DNA of 57,621 bases, filler included, from Blastocystis sp. subtype 4 (lineage: Eukaryota), in the NCBI RefSeq assembly GCF_000743755.1. It is 2 parts of 2 records of this genome, joined end to end, with 100 filler letters (N's around TTAATTAATTAA, not from the genome) between each part and the next. Parts side by side here need not be neighbours in the genome. Positions count along the whole stretch, not along the records: positions 28,931 to 57,621 come from NW_014569416.1; 1 more part is not named here. The stretch is one strand, 5' to 3'. The notes beneath the pieces are model-generated. The model worked only from the letters and a program-made list of their open reading frames with translations. It was not told the origin of the DNA and ran no database searches. Below are positions 38,286 through 50,676 of the stretch, one piece after another. Position numbers and translations under genes: made by a program. Each line of letters begins with the position of its first letter. Positions within the stretch are counted from its first letter, which is position 1.

Positions 38286-39613
38286 ATGATTTCATTTATT
38301 AAAACTGTGATATCTTTTGTGTGTTTTTTAATCTTATCATTGTTGGACTAATTCTGAGGATTGATAAGTAGATTTCTTTTAAAATGTAAGAATGATTTGG
38401 CCTTGCATAATAAGTTGCGGTGGAATGTGAATATATGAAAGATTGTCATGTTTCATGTTTAGTCGAATCCAGTAGTTCTAGATACAAATCCAACTACAGA
38501 AATAGTTACAGAGAAACCAAGGTCATCTCTGTATGATATCACTTTTGTATCTCAAGCGACGTATGATTGTTTTCCTTGTATTCCTTCTAGATTGAACCGA
38601 TGGGACTTTATGATTCAAATTGCCTCCTATTGGAAAGGGTTTGTGCAATGAGCAAGTGTTACTCTTAGTCCAATGTCCATTATCTATTATATTCCTGAGG
38701 AAGATGTTAGTGATTTGAAGGCCAGGATGAAGAGTACAAAGTTGAGAGACAACATCCACATCCAATATGTGATTCGGGAAAATGCATCAATGTACCCAGT
38801 CAATGCTCTTCGGAATAAGGCCATTGATGCCGTTCAAACGTCGCATTTCTACATTTCAGACATGGATGTGTGGCCCTCGCGTAGAAGGATTATTGTATTT
38901 GACATATAGCATCAACGTATGATGCTCTCCGCAGCCTACCAGACTCACTTCTTTCTGATGAGAAACTCGCCATCATCGTTCCTGCGTATGAAATCAAAAT
39001 GATTCCTTGTTCTACATTTGAGCAGTGTATTAGTTTCTATAAAATATATTATCCTAAAACCAAAGGTGAGTTGCGTTCATGTTTGGCTGAGAAACGTTGT
39101 CACACCTTCCGACCACGTGAGTGGTTGCATGACTACTATCCAAATGACTGGTTTTACTCCCAGAGTATGACCATTCCTGTCCCTTGTTGGAAGTCCGATA
39201 CTCAGGAACCGTATGTAGTTGTGAAGAAGATCCCTGGAATGCCTCGATTTAACGAATCTTTTGTTGGTTATGCATTTAACAAGGTACAATGGTTGGAACA
39301 TCTACGGTATGTTGGCTATCGGTTTGAAGTGCTAGTGAATGGTTATTCTGTTGATATTCCACATCCTCCGTAAGCTTAAATGACCACTATTTAGTGTAGG
39401 TCAGCCTTCCGGAATGAATTCTTCAACATCATTAGTAAAACTAGAATTTTCCCAATGTTTGACGTTTACCAAGACTTCCTACGGCATTTGAACGAGACAG
39501 AGGAAGACAAATCCGTGATGGGTTTGTGTCCAAAAGCGCGAAGACAGCCCAGACGTGTTTGGTTTGCATCGGATGTTGCCAAACTGAAAAAGAAGAATAA
39601 AACAAAGAGTTGA
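38286..39613 (+). CDS. GT49 (LARGE/B4GAT1-like) glycosyltransferase, type II membrane
   Basis: N-terminal hydrophobic anchor; DITFVSQ, YPVNALRNKA, ISDMD (DxD), EPYVVV, PRFNESFVGYAFNKVQW. Confidence 0.88.
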
Positions 39614-39756
39614 TTTGTTTGTTTGATCATGGTATTTAGGAGCGTTTCTCAAATGGAAGGAACACGGTTCTACGATGTTTCTCGTGGATCAGAATGAATC
39701 ACGATTCTGAATCGTTTCTCGCATACTCTCAAAAAAACCACAAAGAAGCATAAGCA

Positions 39757-42001
39757 ATGCCAAAGAGACGTGGAGGACCAAAACCCAAGTGGAGAAAGAA
39801 TAAGAAGCCAAGAGAGAATGTATGGAGAACGATGGATGCTTGTCCTCGGGAAAGCAAGCTATTTGAAGATTATTACCGTCTGCAGCATATTTGTCCCGAA
39901 GAAGAGTTCACTCAGTTCATTGAGTGTTTGGTAGTCCTTTTTCTTCATGGTGAGTTCTAGAAGACAGATCTTCCCACAACATTTCGTATAAATGAGGCAG
40001 ATCCGGATTATGAGATTATAAAGAAGAATCTCAAGACTAAGTATCATTTCGAGGGAACAGTGGAATATGAAGGTCAACAGATTTCATGTGTCCATCCAAT
40101 TGAATGGTACGAAGATGAAGGTGCATGGCAAGTTGGAATGGATGTGTATTGTAACTCTAGATTGATATTCATCGTAAGAAGCTGCGAAAGATTGAGGCAT
40201 TCAAGGAACTTCATCAATACATGATTGCTTTGAATCTTTCGGGTCATATTGGTCGTCAGGAGGCTGTGAGTATGCTTCCACCAATGTTCCTGGATGTTCA
40301 TCCTGACAGTATCGTGTTGGATATGTGTGCTGCACCAGGATCCAAAACCCTTCAGATTCTGGAAAAGGTACATCGAAGTGAAGGCCATGGAATTGTCGTT
40401 GCTAATGATGCAGACAGCAAACGTGCGTATCTTCTTGTTCATCAAGTAGTTGTTAGATTGGTTGTTCATGTCTAGACCAGTCATTTGAAGAGCAGTAATA
40501 TTATTGTAACAACGCATTTGGGCCAACAGTATCCGTTTTTGAGGTAGGTGGTGAGATGTTGTGTTGATGTAGATTTGATGATGAAGTGACTGTGAAAGAT
40601 GATTCTGTCTGTCAGAGTGGTTCTTTTGATAGAATCCTTTGTGATGTTCCTTGTAGTGGAGATGGTACCTTGGTAAGAATAGTCCGTTTTATTCACATCA
40701 GAGAAAAGCCCCCGAATTATGGAAGAAGTGGAATATCAAGTATTCTCTGGCTTTGCATCCTCTTCAACTGGCTATCACAATGCGAGGTCTGAAACTCCTT
40801 CGTGTTGGAGGTCGTTTGGTGTACAGCACCTGTTCTCTGAATCCCATTGAAGATGAAGCAGTCGTGTTTAGTCTTCTCAAACGGTGTCGAGGTGCTGTGC
40901 GAATTGTGGATGTGAGTACTATGTATCCTGCGCTGAAACGAGCGTCAGGTCTCTATCAGTGGAAGGTGTGTGATCAGGAGAATGGTGTGTATACTAATTA
41001 TGAGTCGATTCCCGCGGAACAGAAACGATTGTATCGTGAGACTATGTTTGCTCCAGAGGAACAGGAAGCGAGAGAACAACATCTAGAAAGAGCGATGCGA
41101 TTCTTGCCGCACATGCAAGATACTGGTGGTTTCTTTGTGTGTGTGTTGGAAAAGGTGGCTCCAATTCCTCGTGCAGAGAAGGAGGAAGAGGAAGCAAAAG
41201 AAGAGACCTCTGCTATGGTAGAAGAAGACCAAGGGGTTGTTGAAGATGAGGCAAATTTGAAGGAGGAAAATGAGGAAGAAGAGATAGATGGGGGAGACTT
41301 GGTAGGGATTGTGAAGGAAGAACAGAGGTATGGGGTTTAAGTGGTTTTTCATTTTCAGAGCTTTTTCTGCCAATCGGAAATATGATACATTGATACCATG
41401 GAACCGAAAATGGTCCTATTTTTGTCATTCCATAATTCATAGCTTAGAGTCATTGAAGTCATTCTATGGTATTGATGATGAGTTTGAATGGGATTTGATC
41501 TACTCACGAAGCGAGAGTAATAATATTCTATTGTATGTGAATCCAACAATTAATCGACTGTGTTTGACATCCCAATCAGCAAAGAAATTGAAGGTGGTAA
41601 ACACTGGTTTGAAGCTATTTGAATATAACAGTCGAACTTGTGAATGTGCGTATCGTATCTGTCAGGAAGGTGTATCGGTGATTCGGAAGCATATGACTAA
41701 GCGAATTGTACCTGTGTGTTTGGAGGACTTCAAGCGGGTTTTGGAAACCCAGAAGATATCTGCAGAAATCACAGCTTTTTCGGAAGCAACGCAGGGAATA
41801 TTGAAGGAGCTGGAAGCAGGAGCTTGTGTGTTCGAATTGAATGAAGAGGCGAAGAAAGAGTTAACGGCTAAGTTTCCTAGATTCCAACGTGTGTTTGAAG
41901 AGATGGGATGTGTTGTATGGCGTGGTGTGAAGAACATCAACGTATTGGTTACAGAGACTGATATTGATACTATGAAACGAGTTCTATTGATGGATGTTTG
42001 A
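39757..42001 (+). CDS. NSUN2: tRNA m5C methyltransferase NSUN2/Trm4
   Basis: RQEAVSMLPP, VLDMCAAPGSKT, FDRILCDVPCSGDGT, VYSTCSLNPIEDEAV, DTGGFFV. Confidence 0.95.
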
Positions 42002-42018
42002 GTTGTTTAGTATTGGTG

Positions 42019-42033
42019 TGTTTGTAAGAAACA
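42019..42033. terminator. Bidirectional GU-rich polyadenylation element (one mismatch)
   Basis: TGTTTGT-A-AGAAACA between convergent NSUN2 and Myb genes. Confidence 0.7.
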
Positions 42034-42091
42034 ACTTCATGAACAATTGGGATTAACCCAAGAGATAGGGTACAGCGCAAGGATGCGATTC

Positions 42092-43117
42092 TTATTCGAG
42101 ATTTCGCTCTCGTTTCAGATGACTCCATACATTCTTTACAGCATCTCGATGACGATTGTTGAGACGACGACCGATTTCTGTATCACCCATCAATCCCGTC
42201 GTCTTCAGTTTCACCAACAGATCATACTCCCACTCCTCCCATGGAGCTGTATTGGTATTGAGTTTGCGTGTTTGCTGGTAGATTTGAATGTAGGTGTATT
42301 CAGGCATTCTGCGCTGGATTTCCTTGTTGGATAGACCCTGGTTTATATACTCTCGCAATCTGTTTGTTGCTTCTACTGTCCATCGAGGCTTCTTTCCTCC
42401 CTTGCAGATATCATTCTTCCATTTGTTGATGCATTGACTCACCGATCGTGTGCCCACATAGGAAGCCACTTGATTCCAGTGCATTGAAGCGCCCAAATGA
42501 GACACTGCATGTTGCAAACGATTACACTCTTCGGCACTCCATTTCTTGGGAGAAGCTCGAGAGGAGGTGAACATGTCAGCACCACTATCAGTATCAGCTG
42601 GCAGTGTCCACTCAGCGTCACTGTCGTCTGTACTCTGGTTGGACTGAGATTCTTTGGTTTCAACTACATTGTCTTCCTTTGAGGATTGGTCTGTAATGAT
42701 CTCGGACTCAGGAATGATTTCTTTGGACTCAGAATCATCTGGTTTCTGAGAATTGAGGCTCAGTTGTCGATTGAGAGTATCCAAGGACGGTTCATATGGA
42801 CTCATTGAGTCAGGAAGACTCATTCTGAAGATCAAATTGACGTTACCTGAGTTTCTGCGAGACAAGGACTGATATACTGGGTAACTATTATCTGGGGATC
42901 TGTCTTCTTCATAAGTAGAATCAGATTCAAAGGAATAATTATAATTTGACTCGAAATAGATATCCGTTAGAGCACTATCGAATTGATCCCAGCTGATAGT
43001 TGGACTCATGGTATTATACAACTCATTGTCATAAATAGAATAGTCATTATTGAACATTTTCAATTCAGTGACAGTGCTAAAAGATAAAATGACCATGTTT
43101 ACAACAGACCTGGTCAT
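42092..43117 (-). CDS. Intronless Myb/SANT-repeat protein, three repeats
   Basis: KWSAEECNRL...WNQVASYVGTRSVSQCINKW, RWTVEATNRL, PWEEWEYDLL; acidic N-terminal half; start may be a later ATG. Confidence 0.85.
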   Translation of the reverse strand: MTRSVVNMVILSFSTVTELKMFNNDYSIYDNELYNTMSPTISWDQFDSALTDIYFESNYNYSFESDSTYEEDRSPDNSYPVYQSLSRRNSGNVNLIFRMSLPDSMSPYEPSLDTLNRQLSLNSQKPDDSESKEIIPESEIITDQSSKEDNVVETKESQSNQSTDDSDAEWTLPADTDSGADMFTSSRASPKKWSAEECNRLQHAVSHLGASMHWNQVASYVGTRSVSQCINKWKNDICKGGKKPRWTVEATNRLREYINQGLSNKEIQRRMPEYTYIQIYQQTRKLNTNTAPWEEWEYDLLVKLKTTGLMGDTEIGRRLNNRHRDAVKNVWSHLKRERNLE

Positions 43118-43496
43118 TCAGAGAATTTTCTTGGAAATCTTCTTGCGCAAGGCAACAATACTTTCATTTCAGTCAGAGTTTTCTAGGAAATTATTCCTGC
43201 CCGAGAATAGTATTGTTGAATGGACGCTTTGGAATGGGAAAGAAATGACTCTAGCAATGAAGTATCCAAATGCAACGCATCACACATTTTATTGTATCTG
43301 ATTGCTAATCCACATTTTATACACCATCCGTTGCGTAATACGAATAACAAACAGAAATGAATTCAGAACAGCGGGGTTTTCCAATGGAACATTCGACACA
43401 AGAAAAGAAGATGCTCCAAGAGGAACGAAAGAAGCGAAAGTGATTCTGTCTCTTGAATTTGACTTTAGACTGGAAAAGAAACTCCAGAAGTTACAA

Positions 43497-44989
43497 ATGG
43501 GAGCAAATATGCGAGATGAATCGAAATGGCCTAAATGTATTGTATGGGTTCCAAATCGTTCTCGTTTCTGTTCAGGAGAACGTGTACCTGGGAGCAAGTA
43601 CTGTATTAATCATGTTCATCTGGACGGAAATGCGGAAAGCCAATCTCGTCGACGTGTAGTATGTCCTATTGATCCTTCACACACTGTATATGAGGATAAA
43701 TTGGCGAAGCATATCAAAATATGCAACAAATCCAAACAGAATGAAGAAGTGACGAGTTGTCCCTATTTTGTCCCCAATTTTAATCAAGGAGATGCTACCA
43801 TTCATGAAGTGGTTTCGTTTGATTCACCTGCTCAAGTGAGTGCAATCATTGAATTTGATGTAGAAAGAGCAGTTTGAGCACAACTTGGAACAGAAGATTC
43901 GGAAAGTGTATTCTTCGCTCTTTTCAAATGGGATTGAAACTCATATTCTGCGCCCCTCATCGTTTGATGCTTTCATTGCCGATAAATCAGATCGAGGAGC
44001 AACAAAAGAGTCGCTTCGTCATCTCTATCAACAAGTGAGTATGATCAGCAACATGCAAGAACAGTACTTCTTGTTTATCTTGCTCATTACAGAGGGATGA
44101 TCTCTAAGGATCCAGTATATATTGAATTTGGAGCAGGTCGAGGAATGCTCAGTTTGGGTGTTGATTACTGTTTAAATGGATATTTGCCTACTGATTCTTC
44201 GTATCCACAAGCCACTTCTCAGGGCAAATATCTTCTCATCGATATGAGTCCGGTTCGATTTAAAGCAGATCGCTGGCTTCGTCACAAGGGATCGAATTTC
44301 TTACGTATCACAGGCAATATTCGTGATATCGATCTGAAAAAAGTGCCAATCTTTGGTGATAAGGACAATCGGAGGATTGTGGGGATTGCAAAGCATTTGT
44401 GTGGAGTTGCTACAGATTATACTATTCGATGTTTCCTTAACTCTGTGAAAGAGGATTTAGAAGGAGTAGGCCTTTGTATTGCTACTTGTTGTCATCATCG
44501 TTGTCAGTGGCACAGTTTTGCTGGTTGTGATACATATCTGGATCTAGTGAGTATTTATAGGAATGTTGATTATAGGGGTTTACGGAAGGAGAGTGGGATT
44601 ATCTTCGTCGATTGACAAGTTGGGCCACGAATTTAGTTGTGGTTGGTATGATTGATAACAGATAGAATAAGAATCATTCTTCGGGGGAGAAAGAACAGCG
44701 AGAGGATGTTCTAAAGAAGATTGGAAATGAGGACACGTTAACGTTCAATTCAGTGAAAATTGAGTATATTCCGTTACAGTCTCTTGTTCGTTTGATGATT
44801 AGAATGGATCCTGAGTTGGGTAGGATGAGTAAACGGATAATCGATTATTGTCGATGTGAATATATAAGGACTCATATGAATGCAATTTTGGATCGTGAAC
44901 AGCGATCAGAACGGTTTCATGTGAAAATGGTGAGCTATTGTGATGCAGAAGAGAGTCCTGAGAATTGTTTGATATTAGGGTGGATTTGA
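43497..44989 (+). CDS. TRMT13: tRNA:m(4)X methyltransferase TRM13
   Basis: N-terminal Zn fingers (CPIDPSHTV...HIKIC), IEFGAGRG, KHLCGVATD, IATCCHHRC, SPENC. Confidence 0.93.
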
Positions 44990-45095
44990 GTTCTTTGTTC
45001 GATTTAGAGAGAATCAAGATAGGAGTATAAATACACTTTCATAATTACCATTGATTCCAATAATTTCATTCTATGAACTACAGGTATTCAAAAGA

Positions 45096-46089
45096 ATGGA
45101 ATTGAAATCCAGTCTTTGGAATCAGACAATAGAAAGAAGTCGGATTCCTGACGAATGTCTATCAGAAGATGTGATTGTTGGAATTGATGAAGCAGGACGT
45201 GGACCTGTAATGGGTAGTATTTATGTTTATCTGTTATTTAGGACCTATGGTATATTCAGCTGCATATTGGGTAAAGTCAAAAAATGAAGAGATTTCCAAA
45301 ATGGGGTTTAATGGTGGACTTTGATGTTGTTTCTGATGTGTAGATTCCAAACAGCTTACAGCCGTCCAACGGGATCATCTTTTGGATTCCATCGATGCCA
45401 AGGATTCGATTGGATATGTGATTCGTACTATTTCTCCCAAAGAGATATCGGCAAATATGCTCCAAACGTGAGGCTGTATGGTCTGGGTGATGTCTAGTGT
45501 TCCTTTCAATTTGAACGAGATATCTCATAAAGCTGCAATGGATATGATTCGTGAATTACTGAGAATGAATATCAAGGTTTCTGAAGTGTATATAGATACA
45601 GTGGGTGATCCAAGCAAGTATGAAAGCAAATTGCAGTCTACCTTCAGCTTCACTCCAATTAAATTCAAAGTGAGTAAAAAAGCAGATGCCCTGTTCAAAT
45701 GCGTTTCAGCAGCGAGTATTGTAGCAAAGGTATTTTGTTCATTCCATGATTGATTCTAGACACATCGAGATGCAATTATTGCTAATCATCAATGGGAAGA
45801 GACGTTTATGAGAGATCGAGATTTCGGTCCTCAAGGATCTGGATATCCCTCAGGTTTGTGTGATTGAATCGATTCAGAGATAGATCCAGTCACAAAGAAG
45901 TTTCTTTCAGAGTCGATGCATAAAGTGTTTGGATTTCCAACTTTCGTTCGGTTTAGCTGGAGTACGATTCCTAGGATGATTGCTGATAATCATGGAGTAT
46001 CTATTCGATGGAAGGAGGATGGTCCGAAGGTTGATAAGAAGAAACGGAAGTGTGAATCAGTCTTGTGTGTACTACATCATGTGGGGTAA
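45096..46089 (+). CDS. RNASEH2A: Ribonuclease H2 catalytic subunit A
   Basis: [66 protein letters not shown]. Confidence 0.95.
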
Positions 46090-46103
46090 CAAACATGTTT
46101 ATT
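46088..46103. terminator. Crossed bidirectional GU-rich element overlapping both stop codons
   Basis: AACAAACA-TGTTTATT; RNASEH2A stop at 46087-46089 and XRCC2 stop at 46099-46101. Confidence 0.7.
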
Positions 46104-47087
46104 CGCTACTAAAACTCAAATCTACAGTTGATACACAGAATACACTTCGTTTATCTCGGTTTACTATATCTGTTATACGAAATCTTGAACAATTCGGATC
46201 TGTTGGTTCTTCTTGTCGAATTTTAGAACAATACAACCGATGATCCAGATGAATACCCCAAGCCTTTGGAGGATAATAATATGAAGAGGATTTGTGTAAA
46301 GTTTCTACATGTAACAACTCTTGAAAGATCTAACCTGGAGCTACAACGATTAACGAAGCTTTCTTCTCTCGTATGAATCTAGATAATGCTTTCATTGCGA
46401 TTTGAAAGGATGAAGAATATGCTGAAATTGGATCTGAAATATCGAATAGGAAAGCACTTAGCGAATCCAGAAGAATAAGACGAGGTGGATCTACGTAACA
46501 AAGAAACAATAGAAATACTGTCCGTATTGGAACAAATTGAATGAGCAAGAAGAGAAAAGTGAAGAAGGTCTACAGGCTGGTAGACAAGAATTCGCTCCAC
46601 CGATTGAAGAAGAGTTTTGGATCGTTCCTCAGATACTTCAATAGAAAGGAGAAGCAGAGAGATTGACTTTACCAAATTTCCCAAGTCCAACTTGCGATCT
46701 AAATCGAAAATGACGGCAGGACTTTCCAATCCACCAACAGACCGAGGTGCAACAACATGAGCAAGAATGAAATAAGCAATCTAGGATCATCAAATGACAC
46801 AAGTAGCCACCATGCTCTTCGCAGATCCAGCTCGTCCCACAAGCTCAAGAGTATTACAGGCATCGAGAAATGGCTACAGATAATGGAATAAACAATCGAT
46901 ATACAAAACTCGGAATGCCAGTAGGAATGGGTTCCGTAATCCCGCTTGCAACATATTCCAATCCGTCTGAATCAAAGAGGAGAAAGTCAGAACCAAGAAT
47001 TGGAGACAGTGACTGCATGATTGAGAAGAGTTCTTCTTTCTTAGGAGGACAGTATTTAAAATCCTCTTCATCGTGCTCTTCTTCCAT
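46099..47087 (-). CDS. XRCC2: RAD51 paralog, XRCC2-like
   Basis: LELVGRAGSAKS (degenerate Walker A), VAPRSVGGLESPAVIFDLD, LILLDSLSAF (Walker B). Confidence 0.75.
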
Positions 47088-47123
47088 TTGTAGGAACGAA
47101 CTTGGTTGAATAAGAAACAATGA

Positions 47124-48919
47124 ACTCATTTCGCGTCAATGTAAAGTCATACGGTTTAAACAACTCTCGAACCTTTTCTGTAACTTTAGCTTCTTCTTCT
47201 GGAGACTTCTGGAGTGACTTCCAATCTTCTCCCACATTCTCGGCTTCCAACAACGAACCAACGGCCTGGTGGAAGAATTGCATATTGGGACGGCGTTCTC
47301 GCACTACATACCCTATCCGCTTGGGCTGATCTTCTCCCACTCCATACACTTCGGCATACAGATAATCATCTTCGCCAGCAAATTCTCGCAATGATTGGTT
47401 CTCAGGAATATCGCTAAAACGGAAGCCTCTCTGCGTAGCAGCTGCATCTAAAACTAACTTCACAACAGGAGCTGTCAATGAGACGGAATCAAGCAAGAGT
47501 ACCTTTAGATGCATCGAAAGGAAGAATTTGAATGTGACAGTGAACAGGATTACGAGTTGTGAGATTCCTCTCCCATAGAAGAACAGCCTTTCCTTGATCA
47601 TGGAACATCCTATTCATCAGTATTCGACATCTAGCTCTACTTTACAAGAGCCCTCTTAAAGCGTTCAACATCTTCTAGAGCTTCAGGAGGCAATTGCAGT
47701 GATGATTGACGATGCACTACTGGAATCACCAACAAATGGTTCGGACAGAGTTGTCCTTTCGGCACTGCTAAATAGGCGCCTTCACTCACGCTACATGTGA
47801 TTCCTCCCATATTGAACTTAACCTGACAATTAGCTGCTTCTCAACATTTGGAGCAGCAAGACAAAACCAACACGTATTATTACGCTGAAGATCGAAGCGA
47901 TAATTGGGATTCTCGTCCTGACTGCGCATACGCTTCTGACGATCTTCAGTTTCGTTTTGCCCTCGCTTAAGGGTCTCAAAAGGTGAAGGTGTAAAGAAAA
48001 CGTCAATTGAACACAAGTCTTCCCGTTTCATCTACCCATTATCATTTTTGTCTGTTTTTACTTGATTTCGAGGTGTCACATTCAGAGCGTGAATCCATTT
48101 TCGACTCTTATCACCACCAGCCTTCACAGGTCCCAAGCAAACAATACGAGAAATGGTATCATCCGGATTTCGATATGGTAGACGCTCGTAAAAGGTGTTC
48201 TAGCAAGTCATTCAACAATTCTACTTGTACCAGCGAACCAGCGAAATGGTATCGTGGACAGACTGTTTTTAATACAGAACTGATGATTGGAGAACCTACT
48301 GTGGTGCAATCAGGAATTGTTGGGAAACGAGTCGAATCGAGATGATGGAGCATCCTACAATAATGAGATACATGGATTGATTACCCATAACTCCATTCAG
48401 CGGAAAGAACAAAATCAACACCTGTTTGAGGAATCGTAGCAAGAACTCGATCAATTTGTGATTTGCGATAATATGCTGAAGAGATGTGAGCCTCATCCAA
48501 ATAATGTTCTGGGTCATAAACTCCTGGAATACAAAGAACCTATTAGTTAGAGGAAATGACATTTCAAACGATCAAATCTTTGAATTGAATATAGTCTACA
48601 TCCGTAACAATCGTAACATTTGTCATTCCAGCGAAATGATCCTTAAGCTCGGGTGAAAGCGTCTCGTCTTTCAGAACCACATACGTAGGAATAGGAAAGT
48701 CTATATCTAGAGATAACAATGATCTATCCATTAGATACTTAGAGGGATACTATTGTTCTCATCTAGGAATCGTCCAATACAGAATAAGACATCAAACGGT
48801 CCGGCCTTGCTTCCATTTACCTTGCGAACTCGATCCATGGCTTCTTGAAGATGGCCTTCAATATCTCCGCAGAACAAAGCCTATAACTCAACATCTTCTT
48901 TCAACTTCACTTTCACCAT
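47124..48919 (-). CDS. CWF19L1: CWF19-like 1 (metallophosphoesterase-like plus CwfJ C-terminus); stop probably made by polyadenylation
   Basis: LFCGDIEG, AGPFDVLF, PRYHFAG, CWFCLAAP, AVPKGQL, HCHIQ, FKPYDFT; ends RNE then T|TCAT TGTTTCTT. Confidence 0.9.
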
Positions 48920-48977
48920 CTTACAAACAGAATCTGAAAAACAAACACTTTATGATACATAAACGATTAATAGTATA

Positions 48978-49676
48978 TCAAAGACGGAAGCAAAAGGTCA
49001 TCCGATCATGTCGTCTTCTCTGCATTCGTTTGATTCGGATATTAGGAATACTTTTAACGCTCTACAGTTTATATTAATCAATCAAATTAACTGGTAACAA
49101 CTCAATAATCACCTTGCGATTCTTCTTTGTCACTGGACTCTTCACCTTGGTTCGCTTCTTGTCAGAATGCTTTCCTGAGGCTACTGATACATTTCCAGGC
49201 AGATCCAACTCTTGTGTCTTCCTACTTTTCAGTCTTCACATGCATTTGTACGCAATTTCCTCTGTTGGTTCTACTGAATCTTGTGGCTGACTAGATGGCA
49301 TGCAAAGAGGTTGCAACAAGCCGTTTGCCAAGGAATCAGACCGTTCCATCGGAGCCGTACTGTCTTCTCTAGGCCGTTCTCTACGAATTACACCCATTCC
49401 GTAACATTACGGTGTTTGACTACTCGAGAATTCCTGTGAATGAAACTGAAAACTATCGTGACGATTGAGGATCACACTGGGAAATCGTTCTGAAGGGAGT
49501 CGATCTCCCTGAGATAGGTTGGGAAACGTCGTTAGCATCTCCGCTAGTTTTGCAGTATCCATCAATTCTTGCGATTGAGTCAAACGAAAGTCTTGCGAAA
49601 AGGAAATTACTGGAGTATCCAGAACTGCTCCTCCAGAACGCTGATTCTTGTTCCCTTGACTAAGTTGTTGTTCCAT
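48978..49676 (-). CDS. Hypothetical low-complexity SQ-rich protein with basic C-terminus
   Basis: 89-aa ORF continued through ~30-nt introns; 3' end approximate. Confidence 0.5.
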
Positions 49677-49834
49677 CTAGATGACTCTTCTTTTGAGCAA
49701 GAATCCACTATCATCCAAAAGGAATCTAAGGTTTTGTTCTTAGCGGCATACTTCCCTCCACATTATGGCGGCACTTTCCCAGTGAGACGGGCACATAATG
49801 AGTAACAAACAGAGAATGACCAGTTGGTTAATTA

Positions 49835-50593
49835 CTAGTGGAATAGGTGCCAAATGGAGTTGCTGACTACGGACGAAATGGCTGTTGCACCTGCAATTGC
49901 CATTCTAGATTTCATAACGATTATGAACGTAGAAACCCTGTTCTAACGGTATCATTCTTGATGAGCTTATGTTTCTTCTTTTTTCCACAGTCCGAACTGG
50001 AGCTAGAGCTGGAGCTTGAACTTGAGCTTGAGCTTGAACTCGAATGCTTGTGATGCTTCTTGATAGACGATACTTTTATCTTCTAGAAGGATGAAACGAA
50101 AATACCTGTACTACTTTCCCACATCGACACCGAATATACTTCTTTCCAGCAATCGATTGAACCATACAACCGCATTTTGGACATGGAATAGTATTTGTCT
50201 ACAGTTGGACATAGTATACAACTCTACAGTAGCAGAGTAGGAGTAATTTGTTGTAACACTATTGCTGTACACTCCATTGGACTGTTGTATGGGGTATGCA
50301 GGCTGAACCATTTGCGTTGCAGGAATTCCAGGACCATAGAGTACCGGAGGCACAACAACTGGATATGCTTGGGGAACTGGAGGGGGTGGGAGAGAAGAAA
50401 CGGAATCAGAACAACATAAAGGACGAGGAGGAAGAGGAGGAGCACTAACAGGAACAACTGAAGGAATGGCGAGTGGCGCTGGTTGTTCCCTCTTTTCTTT
50501 AATCTCCGTAATCTCTTCTGTTATTTCGTACACTTCCTTGGTCGAGTGGTTCATTTTGTCAATCAGCAAATCTATCCCTTTTCTATATCCCAT
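49835..50593 (-). CDS. Proline-rich protein with zinc-ribbon-like CPKC...CRC motif, poly-Ser tract and hydrophobic C-terminus
   Basis: PPPPVPQAYPVV..., CPKCGCMVQSIAGKKYIRCRCGK, KKHHKH plus Ser run, GMAIAGATAISSVVSNSIWHLFH*; TGTTTGTT downstream. Confidence 0.6.
49992..50044 (-). repeat. Degenerate hexamer repeat encoding poly-Ser
   Basis: Plus-strand GAGCTN/GAACTN units read as alternating AGY and TCN codons on the minus strand. Confidence 0.8.
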
Positions 50594-50676
50594 GATCAGA
50601 TCATCCAAGAAATATCGAATCCTCTGTTGTTTTACATATTCTCAAAAGAATGATACGAACAAACATAATCCAATAT

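Noticed and set aside
43302..43496. N-terminal extension of the TRMT13 ORF
   Set aside because: It begins at a non-ATG codon; family similarity starts after the ATG at 43497
33977..48919. Cluster of nucleic-acid processing genes as a functional operon
   Set aside because: Mixed orientations and interspersed unrelated genes; expected by chance in a housekeeping-rich compact genome
49847..50053. Plus-strand ORF with ELELEL repeat
   Set aside because: Antisense shadow of the minus-strand poly-Ser tract
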